Shown here piece by piece: positions 34,218 through 42,643 of a stretch of DNA of 64,000 nt. Below the pieces are notes generated by a model. It saw nothing but the letters and a program-made list of their open reading frames with translations. It was not told where the DNA came from and did not search any database. This DNA is from Nitrospirota bacterium (GTDB lineage Bacteria; Nitrospirota; UBA9217): contig CAWBNQ010000003.1 of assembly GCA_963790205.1 (NCBI GenBank), positions 352,001 through 416,000 on the forward strand, read 5' to 3'. Made by a program: the position numbers and the translations under genes. How positions within the stretch are numbered: position 1 is the stretch's first letter; each line of letters begins with the position of its first letter.

Positions 34218-34448
34218 ATGCCCAGGCAAGATAACATAGAGGTGCAGGGAAAGGTCATCGAGGCGCTGCACGGCGGCCAATTCAAGGTTGAACTGGAGAC
34301 CGGCCAGACAATCGTGGCATATACTGCAGGTAAGATGCGCATACATTATGTCAAGATCGCGCCGGGAGATACGGTGAAGGTTGAGCTGACTGCCTATGAC
34401 CTGACGAAAGGGCGTATTACCTACAGTCTGAAAAAGAAAGCTGCATGA
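34218..34448 (+). CDS. infA: Translation initiation factor IF-1 (stand-alone copy)
   Basis: [49 protein letters not shown]. Confidence 0.93.
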   Translation: MPRQDNIEVQGKVIEALHGGQFKVELETGQTIVAYTAGKMRIHYVKIAPGDTVKVELTAYDLTKGRITYSLKKKAA

Positions 34449-34690
34449 GCACGGAAGAGGCTACATTCCCGCGTATCAAGGATCGTCAAGTTGAATGAGC
34501 ACGATTTCACCAGGACTTTTTTCCGCTTCTTGTTGAAGCCGTGAACGAAGTTCTCAACATCCGCGGTCAGACGAGTACGCCTTCTCCGGCGTCTCGGGGT
34601 TGGGGGAGGGGGCTGTCGGCTCCCATTCAAATTTTGTCTCCACAATTCAAGGTTTTTGTCGTATAATCCCGGTAGTACGTAAGAAGCATA

Positions 34691-34759
34691 TTGAAGCTCC
34701 CCGCAGCAAATGAAGGTTCGTAGAGGCATCCGCGGGGAATGCGCTCACTCCAGAATTCA
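34691..34759. repeat. REP-like palindromic element (second copy of 10964-11005 family)
   Basis: TTGAAGCTCCCCGC...GCGGGGAATGCGCTCACTCCAGAATTCA. Confidence 0.7.
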
Positions 34760-34796
34760 TTGAGTTCCGAAGCCAAGAACCGGTCATATAAAAACA

Positions 34797-35846
34797 ATGC
34801 TGGAATTACTGGAAGAAAAGAAAAAAATCAGGGTCAGCCGTTCTTTGGTGCTGACCCTGGTCTTCGGGGCCTTTGCCCTCGGGATATTCATCGGCGCCGG
34901 TACGCGGGGCTTGTTCGCTCCCGTGCAGGCGGACAAAGACGGGAGCTTTGTCGACAGCAGGGACGAGGAGTTCAAGTTCATACGCGCCTCGCAGGAATCG
35001 AAAAAACCCGAGGACAAGAGCACCAGCAGGGAGCTGAAGCCTTTTCGCTATAAAGTCAACGCCCTTATCGCGGAGAAACTGAAAAAGGGCGAGGCCTCGG
35101 CGATATCTTTTTACTTTCGCGACCTGGTCAACGGAAACCGTTTCGGCATCGGGGAAAACGATAAATTCTCGCCCAAGAGCTTTTTAAAACTGCCGCTCAT
35201 GATGGCCTACTTCAAGTGGGCGGAAACGAACCCCCTTGTCCTTCGCCGAAACCTGACCTATAAGGGCACGGCAAACCAGCCGGAAGCGAAGCATATCAAG
35301 CCGCTCGCAGAGCTTGGGCCGGGCAAGCACTATACGGTCAACGATCTGATCTTCAGGATGATCGCCTACGACGATGACGCCGCCTATTCGCTGTTATTCG
35401 CAAACCTGCCCCAGGGCCGGCTCGACAAGATCTTCAAGGACCTGAACGTTGAATACGATCCTCATAAAGAGAAGGAAGAAGATTCGCTCTCGCTCAGCGC
35501 GCTGGCCGGATTCTACCGCGTTCTCTATAATGCTTCCTATCTCAGCGAGGAGATGTCGGAAAAGGCGCTCCGCTATCTTTCCAAGTCCGCCTTTCGGGAC
35601 GGCATGGCGTCAGGCATTCCGCAGAACATCGAGATCGCGGGCAAGTACGGTGAGTGGACGGTTTCCGCGGCCGCAAATGGCGGTGAGGAAGAGCAATACC
35701 AACTGCATGAGTTCGGGATCATTTATCATCCAAACCGTCCTTTTCTCGTCGGGATCATGGCGCAAGGAGATGATTTCAACAAGCTGATGAAAGTCATGCG
35801 TGATATCACCCGTCTTGTGTACGAAGAAGTGGACCAGCAGTCGTAG
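34797..35846 (+). CDS. Membrane-anchored class A beta-lactamase-like serine hydrolase
   Basis: SFYFRDL.NG, SxxK (SFLK), K-Y-G at the KTG position, LHEFGIIY..PFLV. Confidence 0.8.
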   Translation: MLELLEEKKKIRVSRSLVLTLVFGAFALGIFIGAGTRGLFAPVQADKDGSFVDSRDEEFKFIRASQESKKPEDKSTSRELKPFRYKVNALIAEKLKKGEASAISFYFRDLVNGNRFGIGENDKFSPKSFLKLPLMMAYFKWAETNPLVLRRNLTYKGTANQPEAKHIKPLAELGPGKHYTVNDLIFRMIAYDDDAAYSLLFANLPQGRLDKIFKDLNVEYDPHKEKEEDSLSLSALAGFYRVLYNASYLSEEMSEKALRYLSKSAFRDGMASGIPQNIEIAGKYGEWTVSAAANGGEEEQYQLHEFGIIYHPNRPFLVGIMAQGDDFNKLMKVMRDITRLVYEEVDQQS

Positions 35847-35893
35847 TGGTTAACGCGTATTGCGGAATGGCGGGGCGATGACAGGTTGCTTCG

Positions 35894-36637
35894 TTATTGT
35901 CGCGGCTTCTGTTTAAACACTTCTATAAATTCCATATAGGATGTCGAGCTTTCCCCGGTGTCGTCCGAGTCGTTCATGACTGCAATCCGTGCACGCGGGG
36001 GCGGTTTGACGCCGAAGGCCTTCTGGTAATCCGCGGGAATGTCGACCTCCTCGTCCTGCCAGGTACGAACCTTTTTTGCTCCTTTCTCCAAAAAAACCAT
36101 CTTGGCCCTGCTCGTGTACGGGCTGGTCACGATCGTCTCGGGGTCTTCCCTGTTCGCCCAGACATAGCTGAGACTGCTGTGCGGCGGATATTCACCGTAG
36201 AGTTTTTTCAGCAGGCCGTATTTTATCTTCTCGAAGGGCCCGGCCGTGCCCGGGTCGTACTCGAACAGGACATAGACCCGGATGGGATAATCATCGCCTT
36301 CCCTCGTCCGCGGATCGCCTTTACCGTACACATTGCTCACTTTCCAGCGCCATCGCGCCCGGGGATAATCATACACATTAAAGGAATCCTTGTACACGAT
36401 CGCCGAGGCGGAGGCATTGCTCTCAGCCTTGAGGTAATGCCTCGCGCCGACGCGTTCAATGGTATAGATGGTATGGTTCTTTATTTTAGGGAATGTCAAA
36501 GGCTCCCAGTTGTCGAGATTGTTGAAGTCCTCATGGAAAAGAACGGCCTTCTCCTGGGCGCCTGCGGCGGGGGAGAGTAAGGCCAGCATCAGGAAGGCGA
36601 GCATGTGTGCGAACATCGTATGGCGGGTACCGTACAT
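35894..36637 (-). CDS. DUF3047 family exported protein
   Basis: WRWKV..DDYPIRVYV.F, YVWA, DY..AFG, IAVMNDSDDTG. Confidence 0.85.
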   Translation of the reverse strand: MYGTRHTMFAHMLAFLMLALLSPAAGAQEKAVLFHEDFNNLDNWEPLTFPKIKNHTIYTIERVGARHYLKAESNASASAIVYKDSFNVYDYPRARWRWKVSNVYGKGDPRTREGDDYPIRVYVLFEYDPGTAGPFEKIKYGLLKKLYGEYPPHSSLSYVWANREDPETIVTSPYTSRAKMVFLEKGAKKVRTWQDEEVDIPADYQKAFGVKPPPRARIAVMNDSDDTGESSTSYMEFIEVFKQKPRQ

Positions 36638-36677
36638 GTATCTGCGTTAATCCCTGTCCATCCGTAATAAAAAGATT

Positions 36678-37433
36678 TCAGGATTTATACCATTTCGCAA
36701 GCCGTTCGGTCGGCACGCCGAGAGCATAAGACAGCTGCAGTGCCCAGTTTCTCAGCGTACAGCACAGGATGCCTTCTTGCTGCCACCGGCGCGCAGAGGT
36801 CATGACCTGCTCGGGGATGATGAAGATTTTATCGCCCCGCTTTCCGATACGCCTCATAAGCTCCACGTCTTCCATCAGAGGGATATCTTTGTACCCTCCG
36901 ATTTTACCAAAATAGCTCTTTCGGATAAAGATCGCCTGATCGCCGAAAGGGACCCTGGTCACCCGGGTGCGGAGGGCGACGTATTTTTCCGTGACTCTGA
37001 AGATGCGCCTCTCGGTACGGATGCCCAGATCGAAGGCGCCTGCAACATACCGGTCATTATCCATCGTCGCCTTCACGCGCACAAGGGCATCGGCGGGAAG
37101 GAACGTATCGGCATGAAGGAAGAGAAGGACATCGCCTGAGGCGAACGATGCACCGCGGTTCATCTGCCGGGCGCGGCCTTTTTCCGCAATCGATGTGATC
37201 ACTCCGCGGTCCCGGATTGCCGTGATCGTGCCGCCCCGCGGATCTCCGTCCACGACGATGATCTCCCGTGCGGCATCAAAGCGCAGCCCGCGGAGATGGG
37301 TTATGAGTGCATTGATTCTCCCTGCCTCGTTTAAAACGGGCAGGATAATGGAAATGGCCGATGTTCCGTTCGCCAAAACGGGGGTTTGCTCCTTGCCAGA
37401 GGTGATAACAGCTATTTCCCGAGCGATGTCCAT
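36678..37433 (-). CDS. TIGR04283-type GT2 glycosyltransferase
   Basis: SIILPVLNE, VVDG, GRARQMN.GA, LFLHADT, PFGDQ, PLMED, TSARRW. Confidence 0.9.
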   Translation of the reverse strand: MDIAREIAVITSGKEQTPVLANGTSAISIILPVLNEAGRINALITHLRGLRFDAAREIIVVDGDPRGGTITAIRDRGVITSIAEKGRARQMNRGASFASGDVLLFLHADTFLPADALVRVKATMDNDRYVAGAFDLGIRTERRIFRVTEKYVALRTRVTRVPFGDQAIFIRKSYFGKIGGYKDIPLMEDVELMRRIGKRGDKIFIIPEQVMTSARRWQQEGILCCTLRNWALQLSYALGVPTERLAKWYKS

Positions 37434-37879
37434 GCCTCCCTAAGCCTTTCCATCCTTTTCCGGTTCACCCCGAAGTCCGACTTTCCGAGGCGGGAAGCCG
37501 AGCGCACCTGAATGAGTTTCTTGGTATCATCGAAATAGAACTCCGCGTCATCGACAAACCGCCAGAGCGCGCTGGTGAATTCAGCATGGATGTAGGAATC
37601 ATGTTCATCGACGATCCGGGCTCGTTTCATCCCGAGAATGACTTTTTTGAGGTCTGCCATCGCCTGGGGCGCGGACGTGGTATAGTAAAGCGGCTCTACG
37701 GCGTGCTCCTTGTCCGCGCTCTGGCTTGATACGCAGTTCGGAGTAGCGGGGCAGGGGGCGAGCTTGCCGTCTTTGACGCCGAGGTTCGCCGGCCGAACGC
37801 CGGAACAGCCGGCTATAACTACTACGCTTAAAGCGATGCTCACGTACGAGAATGCCGTCATGCCGGTTTTTATCATCAT
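37412..37879 (-). CDS. DUF1499 family lipoprotein
   Basis: Lipobox IAGC, LAPCP.TPNCVSSQ, FVDD.EF, RSASRLG.SDFGVNR.R. Confidence 0.88.
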   Translation of the reverse strand: MMIKTGMTAFSYVSIALSVVVIAGCSGVRPANLGVKDGKLAPCPATPNCVSSQSADKEHAVEPLYYTTSAPQAMADLKKVILGMKRARIVDEHDSYIHAEFTSALWRFVDDAEFYFDDTKKLIQVRSASRLGKSDFGVNRKRMERLREAWTSLGK

Positions 37880-38258
37880 GGCCCCTCTCCTGGTTTATAA
37901 CGGTAAGGCGGTTGCCCATTGTTTGCCGCGGTAGCAGGGAGGACTTCTTTTCTCATATCGCAGGAGCGGCTCCTCACCCGCGGTTCGCAGATACTATTAT
38001 ACCGCAGGTGAATGTCGCCGTCCCTTTTTTTTCATGGCAGGTTCGTGATAAAAAATGGGGAAAAAGAATGGCAAAAAGCTTCCGGTCCGGGCCAAGAGAC
38101 GGATGGATGCCTTCCCTCACAGGAGGACATTGTCAAGGAATAGCATGTTGAGACTGTCGCAAAAAGCCGTAGCGGAGGAAGAGGGATGCTGTCCGCAACA
38201 TGCCGATGGCGTCGCGCCGAAGGCGGCAACCATCGTTTCTCTATGATACAATAGTGCT

Positions 38259-38520
38259 ATGAGACTTTCCATGGGACGATTTTCCATAGGGTAGAAAGTT
38301 ATTTTCGTCTTCGGGCTCGGGCTGGCCATCCTTCTGTTCATCAGCGTCATTTCCTACAATAATATATCGGTCATGATCTCCACGGCAGTGGCGCAAGACA
38401 ACGCATGAAACCTTAACGTCCCTGGAGAGCCTGCTGTCCACTATAAAAGATGTTGAAGGCGTACAGCGAGGCTACGTCATTACGGGACAGGAAGACTACC
38501 TGGCACCCTATCACCGGTTG
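38259..38520 (+). pseudogene. Disrupted CHASE3-domain sensor gene (N-terminal remnant)
   Basis: In-frame TAG at codon 12, TM helix, frameshift near 38385, then THETL..LLSTIKDVEGVQRGYVITGQEDYLAPY; truncated. Confidence 0.8.
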
Positions 38521-38693
38521 TGGCTGCGGAGTGTCGTATCAATCTCAGGGCGTCTCCTTCTCACCGCGAGAAAAAATACCGCGTATGTACACGGAAAGAT
38601 AAGAGGGCGCGCTTGCAAGGGAAACCGGGAAACTGTGGAGCTCGCGTGATAACCGCGGATGAAGGCCGGTCTTCGTTCCTGGCCGCTTCGTCG

Positions 38694-39599
38694 TTAGAAA
38701 TTGAACAGCCGTTTATTGATATCGATCGCGGCAACTGCTCCCTCGCCGGCTGCGATCACGGCCTGGTCATTTCCGCTGTTGAGCGGCCCGACGACGTAGA
38801 GACCGTGTACCGACGACTCATAAACATTGTTCACGGTGATTTTAAATCCCTTTGCATCACGTTTCAGGTCGAGGTCTTTGAGAAAGTGATCGTTCAGTTT
38901 GAACCCGAAGTTGGACAAGACAGCCTCGCAGGGTATGCGCGAGCCGTCGTTGAGCTCGACTGCCTCGATGCGCTCTTCACCGATGACTCTGACCGGCTCG
39001 CCCTTGACCAGTCGAATACCCTGGTACTTCAGCTCTTCCTGATAGTCCCCGGGCGGGTCGTAAAAATAAAGGATCAGCGTAATGTCGTCGGTGTACATTT
39101 CCTTCATGGCGAAAGCGAGGCGCACGGATTCTATCGTGTTCCCGACAATGACCAGCTTTTTGCCGGCGGTCTTGTAGCCGTCGCAGTCGACGCAGGTAAA
39201 AAAAGATGTTCCCAGAAAGTTATGAAGGTTGTCGATGTTGGGAAAATTGTCTTTTACGCCCGAGGAAACGATGACGAACCTTGAGCGGTAGAGGACATCG
39301 CCGGCCGCGATCTCGAAATATTCTTTTTTAAGGATTGCGGTCACGAGCCCCTTTTCAATTCGCACGTTGAAGCTCCTCGCCTGTTCCAAGCCGCGCTCGA
39401 TGAGCTCCTTGCCGGGAATGGCCTTCTGCGAAAGGAAATTTTCGATCGATTTCGCGTGCGCGGTCCTTCCGCCGCCCCGGTCGATGAGCAGGACGTCCCT
39501 GTTGAACCTCCCGAGATAGATGGCCGCCTGAAGGCCGCCCGGTCCTGCGCCGACGATGATGCAGGCGTATACGTGGTCTCTGTCCGGTCTTATTGCCAT
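38694..39599 (-). CDS. Thioredoxin-reductase-like NAD(P)/FAD oxidoreductase
   Basis: IVGAGPGGL, CVDCDG, GLYVVG..QAVIAAGEG. Confidence 0.88.
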   Translation of the reverse strand: MAIRPDRDHVYACIIVGAGPGGLQAAIYLGRFNRDVLLIDRGGGRTAHAKSIENFLSQKAIPGKELIERGLEQARSFNVRIEKGLVTAILKKEYFEIAAGDVLYRSRFVIVSSGVKDNFPNIDNLHNFLGTSFFTCVDCDGYKTAGKKLVIVGNTIESVRLAFAMKEMYTDDITLILYFYDPPGDYQEELKYQGIRLVKGEPVRVIGEERIEAVELNDGSRIPCEAVLSNFGFKLNDHFLKDLDLKRDAKGFKITVNNVYESSVHGLYVVGPLNSGNDQAVIAAGEGAVAAIDINKRLFNF

Positions 39600-39601
39600 G
39601 C

Positions 39602-40216
39602 TCAACTCCTCGAAAGCGCGGGATCGAGAAAGCCGCACAGCTGTTTTTCAAAATCGTCGAACGTCGTGAAATGGATGGTTTGCAGCCCTGCGCCCTCGGC
39701 GCGTCGAATGTGGTTGATGTTGTCGTCGATAAACAGCGCTTCCCCGGTTTTGACCCCGAGGTTGCCGCAAACGTCCCGGAATATCGACGCGTCTCGTTTG
39801 CTTTTATGGAGCTTGAACGAATTAAAGACCTTGTCGAAATGCCGGGACAGGAACGTTTCCCGGTCGAGTTCGTCAAGCCAGTTGGTCTGGTCGCTCAGCA
39901 TGGCGACCAGGAATCCCCGCGCTTTCAACCGGTCTACAACGGCGACCATTCCCGGCCTGAGAACAAACCGCTTCAGGATCTCCTCCCTGAGTTCCTCATT
40001 GCTTCCGGCTATGCCGGTCCATTCCCGAAGCTCGTTCCAGTACTCGGTTTCACTTGCCCTGCCCGTGAGATAGCTGCTTTCAAAAATGAGAGCGTCGGCA
40101 AGCGTGAAAAACCGGTCCGGGTCGAGGCCGTTCTTTTTGCCGATGGCCTTCAGTCCTTCCCGAAAGCCCTCCTCGGCCAGTACTCCCCCGAAATCAAACA
40201 AAAGCGCTTTCAGCAT
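39602..40216 (-). CDS. HAD-family hydrolase
   Basis: LFDFGGVL motif I, K..D, FIDD..HI..A..G. Confidence 0.9.
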   Translation of the reverse strand: MLKALLFDFGGVLAEEGFREGLKAIGKKNGLDPDRFFTLADALIFESSYLTGRASETEYWNELREWTGIAGSNEELREEILKRFVLRPGMVAVVDRLKARGFLVAMLSDQTNWLDELDRETFLSRHFDKVFNSFKLHKSKRDASIFRDVCGNLGVKTGEALFIDDNINHIRRAEGAGLQTIHFTTFDDFEKQLCGFLDPALSRS

Positions 40217-40440
40217 CCTTTCCCTCCGGCCCTTCCTGTGAATTGCGCGGTACTTCTGCTTTCTATTATAGCCGTCCTGCCTCAAATAAGGAAGTGACGT
40301 AAAAAACGAGCGCCGGGGCGGCTCGTGAGAAATTTCGTTGTCATTGTCTTTTTTATTATGGTAAAATATCGTCTCGGTAGATAAGACAGTTTTGCGGTTC
40401 TGTCCCGGATCATGAGCTCCGGGAAGAAGGGGAGGAATGG

Positions 40441-41109
40441 GTGAGGCTCCATCGCCGTTACCGATATCTGCTTTTCGCTTTATTGATTGCTGCAGCCCTG
40501 TTTCTCGCCGGGGGAACAGCGATGATCACGCTTTCGCCCAATGCCGAGGAACTGGCGAAGAGTATCAAATTCGACCGTCAGGTCCTGATCATTGCAAAGG
40601 AAGAAACAGGGGCGAGCATCTACCGCCTGATCGGCTATGACGAAAAAGACTATCAGATCGTCGCCGACGGCATCGCCGTAACGGTGCCGGAGGACCGGAC
40701 CGATAGGGCCCTTGCCTCGCTGAGGAAAAAGCTCGCCCCCCTGAAGTATATGGCCTTTGTGGTAGAGATGAACGCCGGCATCAAAACCGACAAGATCGGC
40801 ATCCTCAAGGGGACCGATCAGTACGACATCCTCAAGGTCATGCATACCGACGGCGATGATTACGATATTTCGAATTCAGACGTGATCGAACGGCTGCAAG
40901 AGTGGGAGAAAAGCTCTCCCTTCGACATCATGGGCGCCGACAACGATTGGGTGGAGATAGAGTTCAAAACGCTGCCGAAGGACCTCAAGGCCTTTGCCGA
41001 AGAGGTGTACGACTTCTGCCCGGATGCCGTGGAACAGGGGCCGGGGAGCGTCGGCGGGCTGGTCGCGGAGATAGAACGGACAAAGCGGCTGTTCTTGTGG
41101 TGGGATTAG
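40441..41109 (+). CDS. DUF4253 family protein
   Basis: FAEEVYDFCPD.VEQG, C-terminal FLWWD; N-terminal TM. Confidence 0.85.
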   Translation: MRLHRRYRYLLFALLIAAALFLAGGTAMITLSPNAEELAKSIKFDRQVLIIAKEETGASIYRLIGYDEKDYQIVADGIAVTVPEDRTDRALASLRKKLAPLKYMAFVVEMNAGIKTDKIGILKGTDQYDILKVMHTDGDDYDISNSDVIERLQEWEKSSPFDIMGADNDWVEIEFKTLPKDLKAFAEEVYDFCPDAVEQGPGSVGGLVAEIERTKRLFLWWD

Positions 41110-41154
41110 GCAAAGGGCCGTAGGGGGCCCCGGGTATGACTCTGAGAAATAAAA

Positions 41155-41184
41155 AAAGCAGGCGGATTTTTTTCCGTCTGCTTT
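41155..41184. terminator. Bidirectional intrinsic terminator
   Basis: AAAGCAGGCGGA-loop-TCCGTCTGCTTT with A7 flank, between convergent genes. Confidence 0.8.
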
Positions 41185-41247
41185 AAATTCTTGTTGCTCG
41201 CAAGATTACTTTTTCCGCTCGGTATAATGAATTAGCGGTATAGGTAA

Positions 41248-41463
41248 TTACTTTGCTGCCGGGGCCGCTGCTTCTTCCTTCTTCTTCTTTGCTTTCTTGG
41301 CCATCTTCTTTTTTGCCTTTTTTACTTTCTTGGCCTTCTTGTGCTCAGCCTTCTCCGCCTTTGCAGGAGCAGCTGCCGGTGCCGGCGCCGCCTCCTCTGC
41401 GAATGCTACGCCGAGGGTCAGAGCGAATGCCATTGCCGTGAACAATGCGATGATCTTTTTCAT
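41248..41463 (-). CDS. Small exported Ala/Lys-rich protein
   Basis: Signal peptide (..GVAFA-EE), AAPA and KKAKK repeats, GGAGGTG RBS. Confidence 0.8.
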   Translation of the reverse strand: MKKIIALFTAMAFALTLGVAFAEEAAPAPAAAPAKAEKAEHKKAKKVKKAKKKMAKKAKKKKEEAAAPAAK

Positions 41464-41988
41464 TAGGTTTCACCTCCCTTCCTTCGTTAGAATGCCTAAC
41501 TGTAACAAATCAGCGTCCAGATGTCAAGGGGAATTGCTTTTCCAGGTATTCTGGTATTATGGTCAATTATGCAATACGCCTGATTGCCGACAAATGTGCC
41601 ACTCTTTTTCTCTGTTTGAGACGCTGGTATTCAGCTTCAGTTTAAGCAGAATCAAGAAAATAAGCCAAGGTTGACCGAACCTGCTTCTAACTCTTCTCCC
41701 TCGGGCCGCGGTTTGCCCGGGACAAGCGGTATTTACTGATCATCTGACTTGACTATTGGACCAATTGAGATAAACTTGAAAGTGATCCGTGTCTGGCGAG
41801 AAAGGAAGGGGGGGGTAGCGCGATGGTCCTTCATCCTCCGCGCGCTCATCGGTCTTTCCCTCGTAAACCCCCTTGCTCCACATAAAATGTGAATTTCAGT
41901 AAGAGGCGATAAAAAACAATCACATTCCCGTTCATCCTATATTTTGTTTTCGTGACTATCGGGCTTGAGCAACAGCGGGGTAAACAGA

Positions 41989-42504
41989 ATGAAAATATCG
42001 TGGCTTCTCGGCGGGCTGGCCGCTGCGGCGCTTGCCCTTATCGCGGTCCTGGCGTTCCTGTACATTCTGCCGCTGGACCTTTGGGACCGCTCTCCTGTCC
42101 AACCGATCGCCTTCAGTCACAAAATCCATGCCGGTGACAACGGCATTCCTTGTCTCTTCTGTCATCGATATGCTCCCAAGTCTCCGGTAGCCGGCATTCC
42201 GGCAGTCGCGGACTGCCGGGCCTGCCATCTGTTCATTGCCAGGGACGCTCCTGAAATAAAAAAGCTGACGGCATACTGGGATAAAAAAGAACCTATCCCC
42301 TGGGTCAGGGTCTACTGGGTGCCGGACTTCGTCTATTTCCCGCACATGATGCATATCCGCGCCAATCTTGTTTGCAGCGAGTGCCACGGGGACGTGGCAG
42401 ACATGGCGCGCGTCACTCGGACGCGTAAGATAGAAATGGGCTGGTGCCTCAACTGTCACCGGCAGCATAGGGCTAGTATCGATTGCTGGACCTGTCATAA
42501 ATGA
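41989..42504 (+). CDS. actA: Pentaheme cytochrome c, ACIII subunit A-like
   Basis: TM anchor, QPIAFSHKIH, five CxxCH (CLFCH, CRACH, CSECH, CLNCH, CWTCH). Confidence 0.88.
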   Translation: MKISWLLGGLAAAALALIAVLAFLYILPLDLWDRSPVQPIAFSHKIHAGDNGIPCLFCHRYAPKSPVAGIPAVADCRACHLFIARDAPEIKKLTAYWDKKEPIPWVRVYWVPDFVYFPHMMHIRANLVCSECHGDVADMARVTRTRKIEMGWCLNCHRQHRASIDCWTCHK

Positions 42505-42526
42505 CGCGTTTGTAACCTCAGAATGC

Positions 42527-42596
42527 GTCGCCCTGAACGAAGTGAAGGGTCTTGCACGGGAGAATAACCCGGATTCTTCGCTGCGCTCAGAATGAC
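42527..42596. repeat. REP-like palindrome (GTC..CTGA.CGAAG / CTTCGCTGCGCTCAGAATGAC)
   Basis: Imperfect inverted arms in the actA-actB1 spacer. Confidence 0.7.
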
Positions 42597-42643
42597 AATT
42601 GTATTTAGAGTTTTTTGCGAGGCAACATTATGAGGGAGCCCGA

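Noticed and set aside
34520..34600. Peptide LLVEAVNEVLNIRG resembling a CheW fragment
   Set aside because: Too short, no start or surrounding similarity
38068..38112. Resemblance to c-di-GMP-I (GEMM) riboswitch (GGCAAA..AAGCTTCCGGTC..GAC..TGCC)
   Set aside because: The GAAA-tetraloop stem and GGGACGCAAA segment are missing; at best a degraded remnant, and it needs an Rfam scan
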